In this document: piece by piece, positions 14,624 through 24,090 of the stretch
How the letters are laid out: every line of letters starts with the position of its first letter
Position numbering within the stretch: the stretch's first letter is position 1
Origin: Camelus ferus
Taxonomy: Eukaryota
DNA length: 64,000 nucleotides
Reading direction: 5' to 3'
NCBI RefSeq assembly: GCF_009834535.1
Contig: NC_045698.1
Span: 11,100,001-11,164,000 of the forward strand
The notes under the pieces: generated by a model
Seen by the model: the letters and a program-made list of their open reading frames with translations, nothing else
What the model was told of the DNA's origin: nothing
Databases searched by the model: none
Translations under genes and position numbers: made by a program

Positions 14624-14994
14624 TGCCTTCATCCTTTTGGGCTGCTTTAGCAAAAATATCATAGACTGGGTGGCTTAAATGACAAATATTTATTTCTCAC
14701 AGTTCTGGAAGCTGGGAAGTCCAAGATCAAGGTGCTGGCAGATCCAGTGTCTGGTGAGCCTCTTCCTGGTGTGCAGACAGCCTTCGTCTGGTTGTATCCT
14801 TAGATGGTGGAGAGCACAGAGAGGAAGCCAGCTCTCCCCTGTCTCTTCTTATAAGGGCACTAATCCTGTTCATGAGGGTTCCATCCTCACAACCTAATTA
14901 CCTCCCAAAGGCCCCACCTTTTAATTCCATCATACTGGGGTTAGAATTTCAGCAAATGAATTTGGGAGGGTACCCAAATATTGAGTTAATAACA
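14624..14994 (-). mobile_element. MaLR solo LTR (MLT1A/MST-like)
   Basis: 'tttatttctcacagttctggaagctgggaagtccaagatcaaggtgctggcag' and 'acctaattacctcccaaaggcccc'. Confidence 0.85.
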
Positions 14995-15394
14995 CAGCTG
15001 GACTGAGGTAGCTGTTATCCCTCTACTGGCCTGTTGTTGAAGGCACACTGACCTTTAGTCTGCTTTTGCTACTACTTGGAACAAAGATATTCTGGCAATA
15101 AGTATGGGATCTTATTTTAAAAAGATGAAAATAACAGTTGGTACAAACCTCCCAAGTGCTTTTTCAGGCCACTGAGTATTTCCTCTCCCTGGCAATTTGA
15201 AGAGAACACACACTTAAATAGATGGATCACAGACACATCCTAAGGCACAGCTTCTGTCAGTAAAGCTGGTCTTAAGCCTCATGTGCTGCAAGACTTTCTA
15301 CACTGGAGCAGAAAACATGGGAGACACCGAGCCAGGTTATTATCCTGTAATACTGACCATTTGTGAGTTACATTATATACGGGCATTATATATC

Positions 15395-15536
15395 AGAACC
15401 GTGTCTTCACTTGGCACGGTTCAGTATTAATGCAGATTACATCTCAGTTACCAAAGAATCGTGCAAAGCAAGTACACAGTTCCACCTGCAGATAGTTTAG
15501 ATAACGTGGCGCCACGCAAAGTGAGAGTTGCCTGTA
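15395..15536. mobile_element. TcMar-Tigger-like non-autonomous DNA element remnant
   Basis: Repeated 'cgtgcaaag / cacgcaaagtgag' sub-terminal motifs, ending in 'gcctg|ta' (TA target). Confidence 0.45.
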
Positions 15537-16825
15537 CTGCAATCCAGACACTTTATTGCGACCTGATGAACTTGCAGTATACACATAAGATTTACCAGAA
15601 TTATCAGTCATGTTCTGATCAGAGGTGTGAGGTCTGCAAACAGGACTAACGGCATGGTGAGGGTCATCTTAGTTTCACTACCAAGCCGCGTTTTCTCTCT
15701 TCACATATGAGCTTTGGCAATGTCTTGGATGTTATAATGCCCGTGATGCTTTTGGTGAAACACTTTGGGATTGTGTAAACTTGGTGATTATAATAAAATA
15801 AAGAAATGTATTATACTCCAAATGGCAAATAAACTAGAATTAAAATGCCAACTTGGAGCACTGTGTTGAGAAGCATTCTGAGGTCCAACATGGATCCCAT
15901 GGGAAAAAGCATATAACTGAGAAGCTATAGATTTTGTTGACCGTGGGGAATACACGCCACATATTTGCTATTCTTGTATGAGTCACATGACTATATTATT
16001 ATGTATTGTAGTAATGGTAAATCAGCTTCTAACAGAAATGCTGTTTATAAAACACAGGTAGAGAGCTCTAGTGGGATTCAGAACACATCCATGTGCCTTC
16101 AGATACAGCAAACTCTGTATCTCAGGCTGCAGAGACTGAGAAAAGTATCTTGTATGCATTGATGGTGGGTTAAGGATCAAATCCAACTGAATTCAGCCCA
16201 GGGACTCTTAAAGTAGTTGTAATATGGCAATGGCCATTCAAAATAAGTTTTATAACTTTTTTTTCTTTTACCTCAAATGTCACTATTTTATTTCAAATTT
16301 TTTGTAAACAAATAGAACGTTTAAGACTGAGGAGAACACTTATGTCCATGGAAATGACCTATTTACCCAGGTCGCAGTGCTAATAACGTTTATGCTCCAC
16401 CTGAACACAATCTCCCAGACTCTACTCCGGCATCCCTTCCTGCACTACAAGGTCAGAAAACCCAGTTGGGCAACACTTTGTTAACATACTTGCTTTCTGT
16501 TTTTGTATTGCCCTTCTTAGTAGCTATATACCTAAACATCATAGTCTGAGGCAAACTGAATCAACAAGCAAAATAAAATAAAACAGTACTTCTACTCTCC
16601 CATCGATTTCACCTGATTACTCTGTACCTTTTAATTTGTGCATCCTTGCTCAGCCCCTGAACTGTCTGAGAATAAACTTGAGTAAATTTGTTTTAAGTTT
16701 TACAATTTGTGTCTGCATTCACTTCATTCCAAACGGTTTCCAATTTACTGTTTCATAATTATTTTGGGGAAGTTATGGGAAGTTTGGCTCCAGTTCAGCC
16801 TGAACGTCCACAGTTCAATGGCTTC

Positions 16826-16970
16826 GGCAGCACTGCCTGGGGGCGGGGCCTCTGCTGTGCCGCCTGCTCTGCACTCCCATTGGCTGGCGGGGCCCGGAGG
16901 CAGCACTGCCTGGGGGCGGGGCCTCCGCTGACCCACTTGCGCTGAGATTCCATTGGCTAGCAGGGGCCGA
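16826..16970 (+). repeat. Tandem duplication, 2 x ~73 bp, each unit with a GC box and a CCAAT box
   Basis: Units start at 16826 and 16899 with 27 identical nt (GGCAGCACTGCCTGGGGGCGGGGCCTC), then diverge. Confidence 0.9.
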
Positions 16971-17235
16971 GCACGCCTCCCCGACTGCTGCAGGAGCGCG
17001 CCTTCTGCCTGAGGGCTTGTCTCCCGCAGGCGCCTGACCCGGGCTGGGTGTCCTCACGGAGCCGGAGCTTCCGCTCTGGGACAGTGTGGGGTCGAATCCA
17101 CACTGACGGAAGCCTGGTCTCCTCAAGACCCACTGGAGCTTCGGCACCACAGGGGGTCAAGTCCCCTTCACCTGGTCTCCTCAAGACCTGACGGAAGGAA
17201 AGGTGAGGAGGAAGGAAGAGTGAAGGAATTGGGGA

Positions 17236-17281
17236 GACGCTTCCGGTGAGGGGCTGACGCTTCCGGTGAGGGGCTGACGCT
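17236..17281 (+). repeat. Perfect 20-bp tandem repeat, 2.3 copies
   Basis: GACGCTTCCGGTGAGGGGCT twice plus GACGCT. Confidence 0.95.
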
Positions 17282-17359
17282 GCGGGGGTCGGTCCTCAGA
17301 GGCCGGGGGAGAGGAAGGGCTGGATGTGGGAACCTGCGGTGCTGACAGGGAGCCGCGAG

Positions 17360-17874
17360 CTCCTTGGGCGTGTGGCGTCGGGTTTTCCCAGCGCCGCTCA
17401 CTTGCGGGGACCGTCCGTTCCTGGAGCAGGTTCCTGGCCCCGTCCCTGTGGGCTAATTGACTACGTTCCCCTCGGGTTATTTCTGGGCGCTCTGTTCCAT
17501 TCCCATGGCGTGTGTGCCGGTTTTGGTACCAATTCCACACTTTTTTGGTGACTGTAGCCTCGTAACGTAGGTTGAAGTCAGGGAGGGAGAGGCCTCCAGC
17601 CTGTTGTCCTTTATTAGGGTGGCTTTGCTACTTGAGGTCCTTCGTGGCTCCACACAAATGTTAAGATTGTTTGTTCTCTTTCTGTGAAAAACGTCACTGG
17701 AATTCTGGTAGTGACTGCATGAATGCGTACACGCTCTGGGTGGAAGGGACAATTTAACAATGTTCTTTTCAGCCATGAGCTCAGGATGTCGTTCTATTTG
17801 TGTCTGTTCAGCTTCTTTCATCGGTGTCTTATAGTTTTTAGTGTGCAGGTCTTTCGTGTCCTTGGTTAAATTTT
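17360..17874 (-). mobile_element. Old L1 ORF2 C-terminal fragment, unusually GC/CpG-rich
   Basis: Antisense L1 landmarks 'ttttcccagc', 'ttatttctggg', 'tgaagtcagggag...gcctccagc', 'tttctgtgaaaaa', 'cttggttaaattt'. Minus-strand peptides WNWYQNRH...GTERPEI and NIVKLSLPPRA resemble L1 ORF2p. Confidence 0.85.
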
Positions 17875-17969
17875 TACAATTTCGTGTTTATTCTATTTGT
17901 AGTTCATGGTAGTTATCTCCTTTCCAGTTATGAGTTTCTCATTTTTGTAGCATCCTGCTCCTTTTCTAT

Positions 17970-18867
17970 TTAGAGTAGCCCTGTCAATATTTCTTTTAGC
18001 ATTGGTTTAGTGTTGCTAAACTCTTTCACTTTTTGCTTGTCTGTTAAGTTCTTTTATCTCTCCTTCTATTCTAAATGATAGCCTTGCTGGATAAAGTATC
18101 CTAGGCTGCATCTTTTTTTCATTCAGGATTTTGAATATATCTTGCCACTCCCTTCTGTCCTATAGTGTTTGTGTAGAGAAATCAGCTGAGAGCCTTATGG
18201 GGGTTCCCTTGTAACTCACTCTTTGTTTTTCTCTTGCTGCCTTTAGGATCATTTCTTTATCCTTGACTCTGGCCATCTTGATTATGATATGTCTTGGTGT
18301 GGGTCTGTTTGGGTTCTTCCTGTTTGGGACCCTCTGAGCCTCCTGTACTTGGATATCTGATTCCTTCTTTAGGTTTGGGAAGTTTTCAGTCATGATTTCT
18401 TCTAATACCTTTTCAATCCCCTTTGTTCTTTCTGCCCCTTCTGGAACCCTTATTATGTGTAGATTGGCACACTTTATATTATCCCATAGGTCCCTTATAT
18501 TGTTTTCATTGTTTTTTATTTGTTTTTCTCTCAGCTGTTCTGATTGGGTGCTTTCTGTTGTCCTGTCTTCTAGGTCACTTATTCGTTCCTCTGCATTATC
18601 TAGCCTGCTTTGTACAGCCTTTAGTTCAGCTCTCATCTCAGCAAATGAGTTTACCAATTCTACTTGGCTCTTTATAGCTTCAGTTTTGTTTTTGACATAT
18701 TTTATATCTCTAAACACTATCTCTTTTAGTTCTTTCAGTACTTTGATCACTCCTTTTTTGAAATCTTGATCTAGTAGGCCATCAATGTCTATTTCCTTGA
18801 TCGTACTTTCAGGGGATTTCTCTTGATCTTTTAATTGGGAGTGGTTCCTCTGCTTCATATTGCTCAT
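17970..18867 (-). pseudogene. L1 ORF1p (coiled coil/RRM/CTD), disrupted
   Basis: MSNMKQRNH...RLDNAEERISDLEDR...LWDNIK...PRHIIIKM...PIRLSADFS. Premature TAG at 18160-18162 where Q is expected, then DRREWQDIFKILNEKKMQPRILYPARLSF. Apparent +1 frameshift near 18055; natural end KEILTGLL-TAA at 17970-17972. Confidence 0.9.
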
Positions 18868-19977
18868 ATCTCTCTGGCACTGTGGCTGGTGGGCGGGCGG
18901 GTCACTCCTCCTCCTGATGCCACAGTCAGATGCTGCGCTCGGGAGAGGCAGTGGGCGGATCACGCCCCCTCCAAACACTGTGGTCAGGTGCTGTGTTCCT
19001 GCCAGGAAGGCGGGGGGTGGCGCCTGCCCTCTTCCAGCACCAGTCGCTTCACTGCTCTGTGCAGCTGCCCATTCCACCTCTGGTTGGCGCTCCATAGGCT
19101 GGCTCTGGGAAGACCGCAGAACGGCCCCACCCCGGTCCGTGCCAAATCTCAGGTCCTTGTTTGTCTTGGTGGCATGAGTTCTCTGAGGTGCCAGGGCAGA
19201 AAGATCCTATCTGCCTCAGGCTGTAAACAAGTCTCAGTCCTGCCTAGGAGGTTGCAGAGCTCCCGGGTACAGATTCAGGTCTTGGCCCTGCCCCTAGCCC
19301 AGGTTCTGCACACAGGAGGAGATGGGGCTGTGGCTGTGCCCCACCACTCTTCTCCTGGGAAGCACCAGTAATGGCGCTGAGGGTCTAAGGAGACAAAGGC
19401 TATGGTGCCCCTCCCCCCAGGGCACACCAGCCATGTTGCTTTGCTTTTTTCTGTAATTTATGGGGGACCGAGGTTGTTCGGCTCCGTATCCCCTCCCAGC
19501 CATGGCACTCAGCACCCTGCAGTCCCCCAGGGCTGCCTCAGTGCAGCCACCCCAGTCCTCCGCCCGGCTCGGGCAGCCTGTCCAGGCCCCCAGCTGCTGG
19601 CTTGCATCTCGAGCTGAGTGTCGCAGGGACCTTTTGTGCTGGTTTAACTTAGTTCTGTCAGTCAAGGGGTGCTCAGGGTAGATCTGAGCCTTGGAGGCTC
19701 CCCCTCCATCCTGTTGGCCTCTCCGTTGGAGAGGGGGAGGTTCAGTGAACGAGCGCTAGTCCTCCTTTGCCGCTCCCTCCCCACGGGACTGGTCCTGCAC
19801 TGTGTTGCTTTTTCTTCTTTCTTTTTCCCTTTTCTCCTACCAGATTTTTGGTGTCTTTGTCTTTTGAAGAGGGTGATGTTCTGTCAAAGTTCGTCAGGTG
19901 CTCTGGTTGGCTGAATAGGTCTGTAGATGTGAGTTTTGGTGTATTTGTGGGAGAGGGTGAGCTACGAGTGTCCTACT

Positions 19978-19988
19978 CCGCCATCTTG
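19978..19988 (-). promoter_or_regulatory. YY1 site of the L1 internal promoter
   Basis: CAAGATGGCGG on the minus strand near the L1 5' terminus, the known position of the L1 YY1 element. Confidence 0.75.
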
Positions 19989-20139
19989 CTTCTCTCCTCT
20001 CTATGATCTTTTTCTCACAAGATGTGTTGGCAAGACCAGTGTGCACTTTCCTCAGATGCATCAAGAAACTGACATTAATCACCTTGACTGATAGCTGATA
20101 TCAGCTGCAAATGCAATGGAGAGTTTACATTTAGGATCA

Positions 20140-21145
20140 CCGCATGCTGACAGTGCTCCACCTCAAGCATGTCCAGGGCATCTTTTCTCCTCCAGGAGCT
20201 TAGTCATCTTTTCTTTGGGGCATCATTGCTTCTCTGACACTACAAGGACCTGCTTGGCCAGCTGGCACATACCCATAGCCAAAGTAGAAGTAAAGTCCTT
20301 CAGGGAAATTCCTCAACCAGCAGAGGACTGGAGCCAGCAGATAAATGGGTGTAATGAGAAAACAATTATTTTGAGTTACTTCCTGGGCATTTTACAAAAT
20401 GACAAGCTGCTCACACCCAGTGTCTGGACATTTAGATAAGGACCTGAGCTTAGGATCCCCACCCCAAGTTCCTGCGTTGCTTTTCCTAAGACACCTTTTA
20501 AAATAACACTTAGAGTGGAGCCTGAGAGTGAAAAGTTAGTAACCTCCACACCAGCCAACTGAGAAGTAGTGGGTGCTTGCTTACCAGCCTGCTCTGTATC
20601 TCCTACTCCCTCATGATCTGAGACAGAGGACGAGCCTTCCCCCAGCTCATTGCCCCCTTCCTGGGATCTGTAAGTAATAAATCTTGTGACTTGATGTCTT
20701 TTGTGTGAGTGTACTGAAACTATGCCTTCAATCAAAATGACCCTAGGGTTTTCACTTCCTCAAAGTTGGAGCACAGATGTTGAGGGAGTTATTGGCCAAC
20801 CCCAGGTGGGTGGCTTGCACCTCTTCATTCAGCAGGTCATAATCCACATATGCTTAATTTAATACACCAGCTATGGGCCCCCAACACAATGGACATGTCT
20901 CCCTTCCTTCAGGTAGGCAATTCTGAGATGCATTTTATGTATATGTCTTAAAGTAGCAGTGGAATCAAAACCCAGTTGCCTACAATGATCAATTTGATAA
21001 TGTATTTTTTTTGGTCAAGTTTTCTTCCTTCCCTGTGCCTCTCTTCTCTCCTCTTCACTCATGATTCCTAGGATTTCCTTCCAAATAAAATACCTGCACA
21101 CAAGTCCTTGTCTCAGGCTCTGCTTTAGAGGACCTAAGGATAAGA
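20140..21145 (+). mobile_element. ERVL LTR16-like solo LTR, split by a nested LTR
   Basis: 'cctcaaccagcagaggactggagccagcagataaat' resumes after 20888 as 'cccttccttcaggtaggcaattctgag' and ends 'aataaaatacctgcacacaagtccttgtctcaggctctgc'. Confidence 0.7.
20350..20888 (+). mobile_element. Nested ERV solo LTR (family not assigned)
   Basis: Starts TG, ends CA, AATAAA at ~20676. Flanked by a 5-bp TSD ATGGG (20345-20349) / ATGGA (20889-20893). Confidence 0.7.
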
Positions 21146-21294
21146 GTGCTCTCTGAAATGGCAAGGGACCATACAATTAATGTTGCTGACAGTTGTATGA
21201 CAAATGGACAGTCTTTGGCCAGACTTCCTAAAAACATTCTAGATTTCACTGATGGAAACAGTAGAAGATTCTACTAAGAAGGAAGAGATTCATA

Positions 21295-23800
21295 GCTTGG
21301 GTTAAAATGGCACACGAACTGCCTGCCAGTGCTTACTTGCCATTCCCACCTCAAACTACAAATGATGCAAAATGATTCTTTATAACAATGCTAGAAAACA
21401 AGAAAATGCCATCAAAGGATCAACATTTTTGGAGGAATCCTTGATTAACAGAAGGCAGACAAATTTGTTGGCTCAATAGCCAATGGCACATGCAGAGAGG
21501 TAGGGACACTTTCACAGAAGCTCTAAGCCCAGAGGAAATGAGTACAGGAAGCAGAAAGGGGAGCTATGGCAATTGCCTGGGTTTTGGTAAACCATAGGCA
21601 CTGCTGAGAAAGTTGGTGCTTCTCTAATTGCTAACTTACATCTAGTGGCATGTAGACACGACAGAACTCTTGCTTCCTAAGCTAAAGCAGTGAGTATCCA
21701 GAGAATCAGAGCAGTGCCCAATATGTCCAAGGATACCTGTGACAGATAGACAATAAGGTACTGGCATCCCTAGCAGAATGAGAACCTGCTCCTCCCATAA
21801 CAAATGCCAGCAGCAGTGCACAGCATACCCACAGATAGGAGCACAGACAATCTCAAACAGAAAGGACATAACCAAGAATTATCAAATATTTCAGTATATC
21901 AGTATGATGAGTCACCAAATTCAGAGAAAAACTAACACCCAAGGAAGCAGAATTATTAGCAAACAGAAGAGGACATGAAAGAAATATAATCATATGATAA
22001 TTTAGCATCTGATAAGAGTGCTATTCAATTTAGGTGATAGGTGGAATACTCAATAAACAGAAAAACATTATTTGACTTGCCTCATATTTACAACAAAAAT
22101 AGATTTCACGTGAAATAATAATATTAGGAGAAAACATGGCTAAATATTTTTCCAGTTTGGGCATGAGAGAGACCTTTCTAAGAATGACAAAAATCCTAGA
22201 AACAATGAAGAAAAGTATTAAATAATTGTATTCCAATAAAATTAAAAACAAAGTGAAAAAGTGGAAAAGTCTGCAACTCATCTGGCAGAAAAAGAGCTAA
22301 TCACTTTACAATATAAAGAGTTCTTACAAATCAATGAGAAATTACTAATAATCCAACCGACAAATAAGCAAAGATTATGTACTGGCAATTAATAGAAAAA
22401 ATCCAAATGACTTATAAACCTATGAAAAGGTCATCCATAAAATTTACAACTCTCATTTGTAATTACAGAAAAGCAAAATAAACAATGACACCTTTCCTAA
22501 CAACTGAATTTATAAAGATCAGAAAGTTTATAATATATGGTTTTCTTAAGCTACAAGGAAATAGGCAAATTCTTAGTGCAATCTCTTTTGAGGACAATTT
22601 GGTAATGTTTGTCAACATTAGATGTATATACATTTAGACTTGGCAAATCTATTTCTAAGAATTCATACTACAATTTATATTCACATGTTGAATGTAAAAA
22701 TAGATGTGCAGAAATATTTACTACAGCATTGTTTTAATGGCAAAAAACACTGAACAGTCCAATTGTTTATGAATAGAATAGTAAATAAATGATTCATGCT
22801 GATCCATATGGTGAACTACGAGAATGTATTTTTTAACAAGATAATTCTGTGTGGATATGAAATTTTATGTAAAATAACAAAAAGAAACAACAAAAATAGG
22901 CATAATTCAGAAGTATATATATTACATCAACTTTTTCTTTAAAAATTTCTATATACCCACATTCAAATACATGCTTATATATGCATAGAAAATTTCTGGA
23001 ATTATATACCCACAAAAAAGAAACTTTTTTTTTAATTAAAAAAATTTTTTTTTTAATTTTTAAGAAACTATTGATAGGATCAGAGGCCTCTGCTAATCTT
23101 AGCTAAGAGGAAGACTTAATTTTCATTATTTGCTCATTGAAGCCTTTTTGGCTTTTGCTCTTACCATGAGCATAAATTACTTTTTCAATAAATTTTTAAA
23201 AAATAAAGTATCATTATCAACCTGAGAAAGATAGGTTAGGATAAATCAGGAGCAGTTTGCAATGTAAAATCTGTTAGTGATTTTGGAAATGAAAAAATAT
23301 GATCATTGAAGTGAGAAAAAAACAAACTAAAAAGATAGAGGAGACTAAACATATGGATTAGTTAATAAAGACTGAATTCAGAAGCTAAAACCTTAAGATA
23401 TGAATGTTCACAGAATATAATGTTAAATAGCACAGAAATAGAAGAAATAAAAGAAAAAATTAAGGGACCTGGAAAATAGATCCAGAAATTCCATTATCTG
23501 TCTAAAAGAAATTCTGGTTTAATAAAAGAATAGATGCAAATGGAAAGGAAAAATTACTCAATTTCATAGAAGAATATTTTCCGTGAGTTTTCAGATGAAA
23601 GAACCATTTGAATGCCTAACAGTTTGAATGAAATAACAGCCACACCTAGACACAATATAGTGGAATTTGAAAACCCAAAAAATAGGGGGAAAAATTAAGA
23701 GCTTCCAAAAAGGATGGAGATGTTTAACCTCTGAAGGGACTGTATTTAATTCACAGAAAGATTTCAGAATACCCAGAAAACTTCAGCATGACACTTCTGG
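21295..23800 (+). mobile_element. Nested ancient L1ME-like fragments (5' region, inserted ORF2-end/3' UTR piece, ORF1 piece)
   Basis: A-rich degenerate L1 text. 3'-end-like segment at ~22070-23200; ORF1-like segment ('gacctggaaaatagatccagaaattcc', 'cacacctagacaca') at ~23200-23780. Confidence 0.6.
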
Positions 23801-23959
23801 TGTTCACTCAATAAACATGTGTCAAAAACATAATGTAGAGGGTCAAAACAACAACAGAAACAAAAATACCTTCAAACTAGTCTAGATTTCCCATAAGCCC
23901 TTGTTTTTCCCACTGAAGATGATCATTCCTGAACCTCTTTAGACTAAATAGTTGCCAAC

Positions 23960-24090
23960 TCACAGCAAATTCAAATTTTGCTTTTTGGAACTTTCCAAAA
24001 ATTTTTTTGTTTATTTGAATATTTTCAATCCAAGATTGGTTGAATCCATAGATGTGGAATCCACAGATATGGATGATCAACTGACTGTGT
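23960..24090. mobile_element. MER2/Tigger-family fragment
   Basis: 'attttcaatccaagattggttgaatccatagatgtggaatccacagatatgga...gactgtg' matches the MER2 terminus as I recall it. Confidence 0.7.

Larger units (their letters stand above)
16820..17460 (+). promoter_or_regulatory. Orphan CpG island with promoter motifs and a candidate first-exon donor
   Basis: Abrupt GC/CpG-rich block in AT-rich DNA. Two GGGGCGGGGC boxes, two ATTGG(CT) reverse CCAAT boxes, several CGGAAG/CTTCCG ETS cores, and 5' splice site AAG|GTGAGG with GT at 17203-17204. Confidence 0.65.
17875..20000 (-). mobile_element. Younger lineage-specific L1: 5' UTR, ORF1 and start of inter-ORF spacer; ORF2 and 3' UTR absent
   Basis: 5' end 'gagaagcaagatggcggagtagg' on the minus strand, ~1.1 kb GC-rich UTR, well-preserved ORF1. 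Sequence ends ~95 bp after the ORF1 stop. Confidence 0.9.

Noticed and set aside
15740..15815. Possible AmnSINE/L2-type 3' tail ('gtgaaacactttgggatt...ataaagaaatgta')
   Set aside because: Too short and degenerate to call by eye; needs a Dfam HMM search.
17003..17046. Resemblance to MAGE-A first-exon motifs (CTGAGGG...CCTGACCCxGGCT)
   Set aside because: Two short words with different spacing, compared from memory, and no MAGE ORF nearby.
17103..17281. CRISPR-like repeat-spacer array
   Set aside because: Eukaryotic context, only two copies of each repeat and no cas genes.
18160..19095. 311-aa ORF as a functional or domesticated gene (L1TD1-like)
   Set aside because: It is ordinary L1 ORF1 in its native UTR context, with a premature stop and a downstream frameshift.
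18835..19371. 178-aa antisense ORF in the L1 5' UTR as an ORF0 analogue
   Set aside because: Starts at a non-ATG codon, lies in GC-rich sequence and has no recognisable similarity. It cannot be supported without a family consensus.
20093..20106. Perfect 14-bp palindrome AGCTGATATCAGCT
   Set aside because: A few palindromes of this length are expected by chance in 64 kb, and there is no supporting context.
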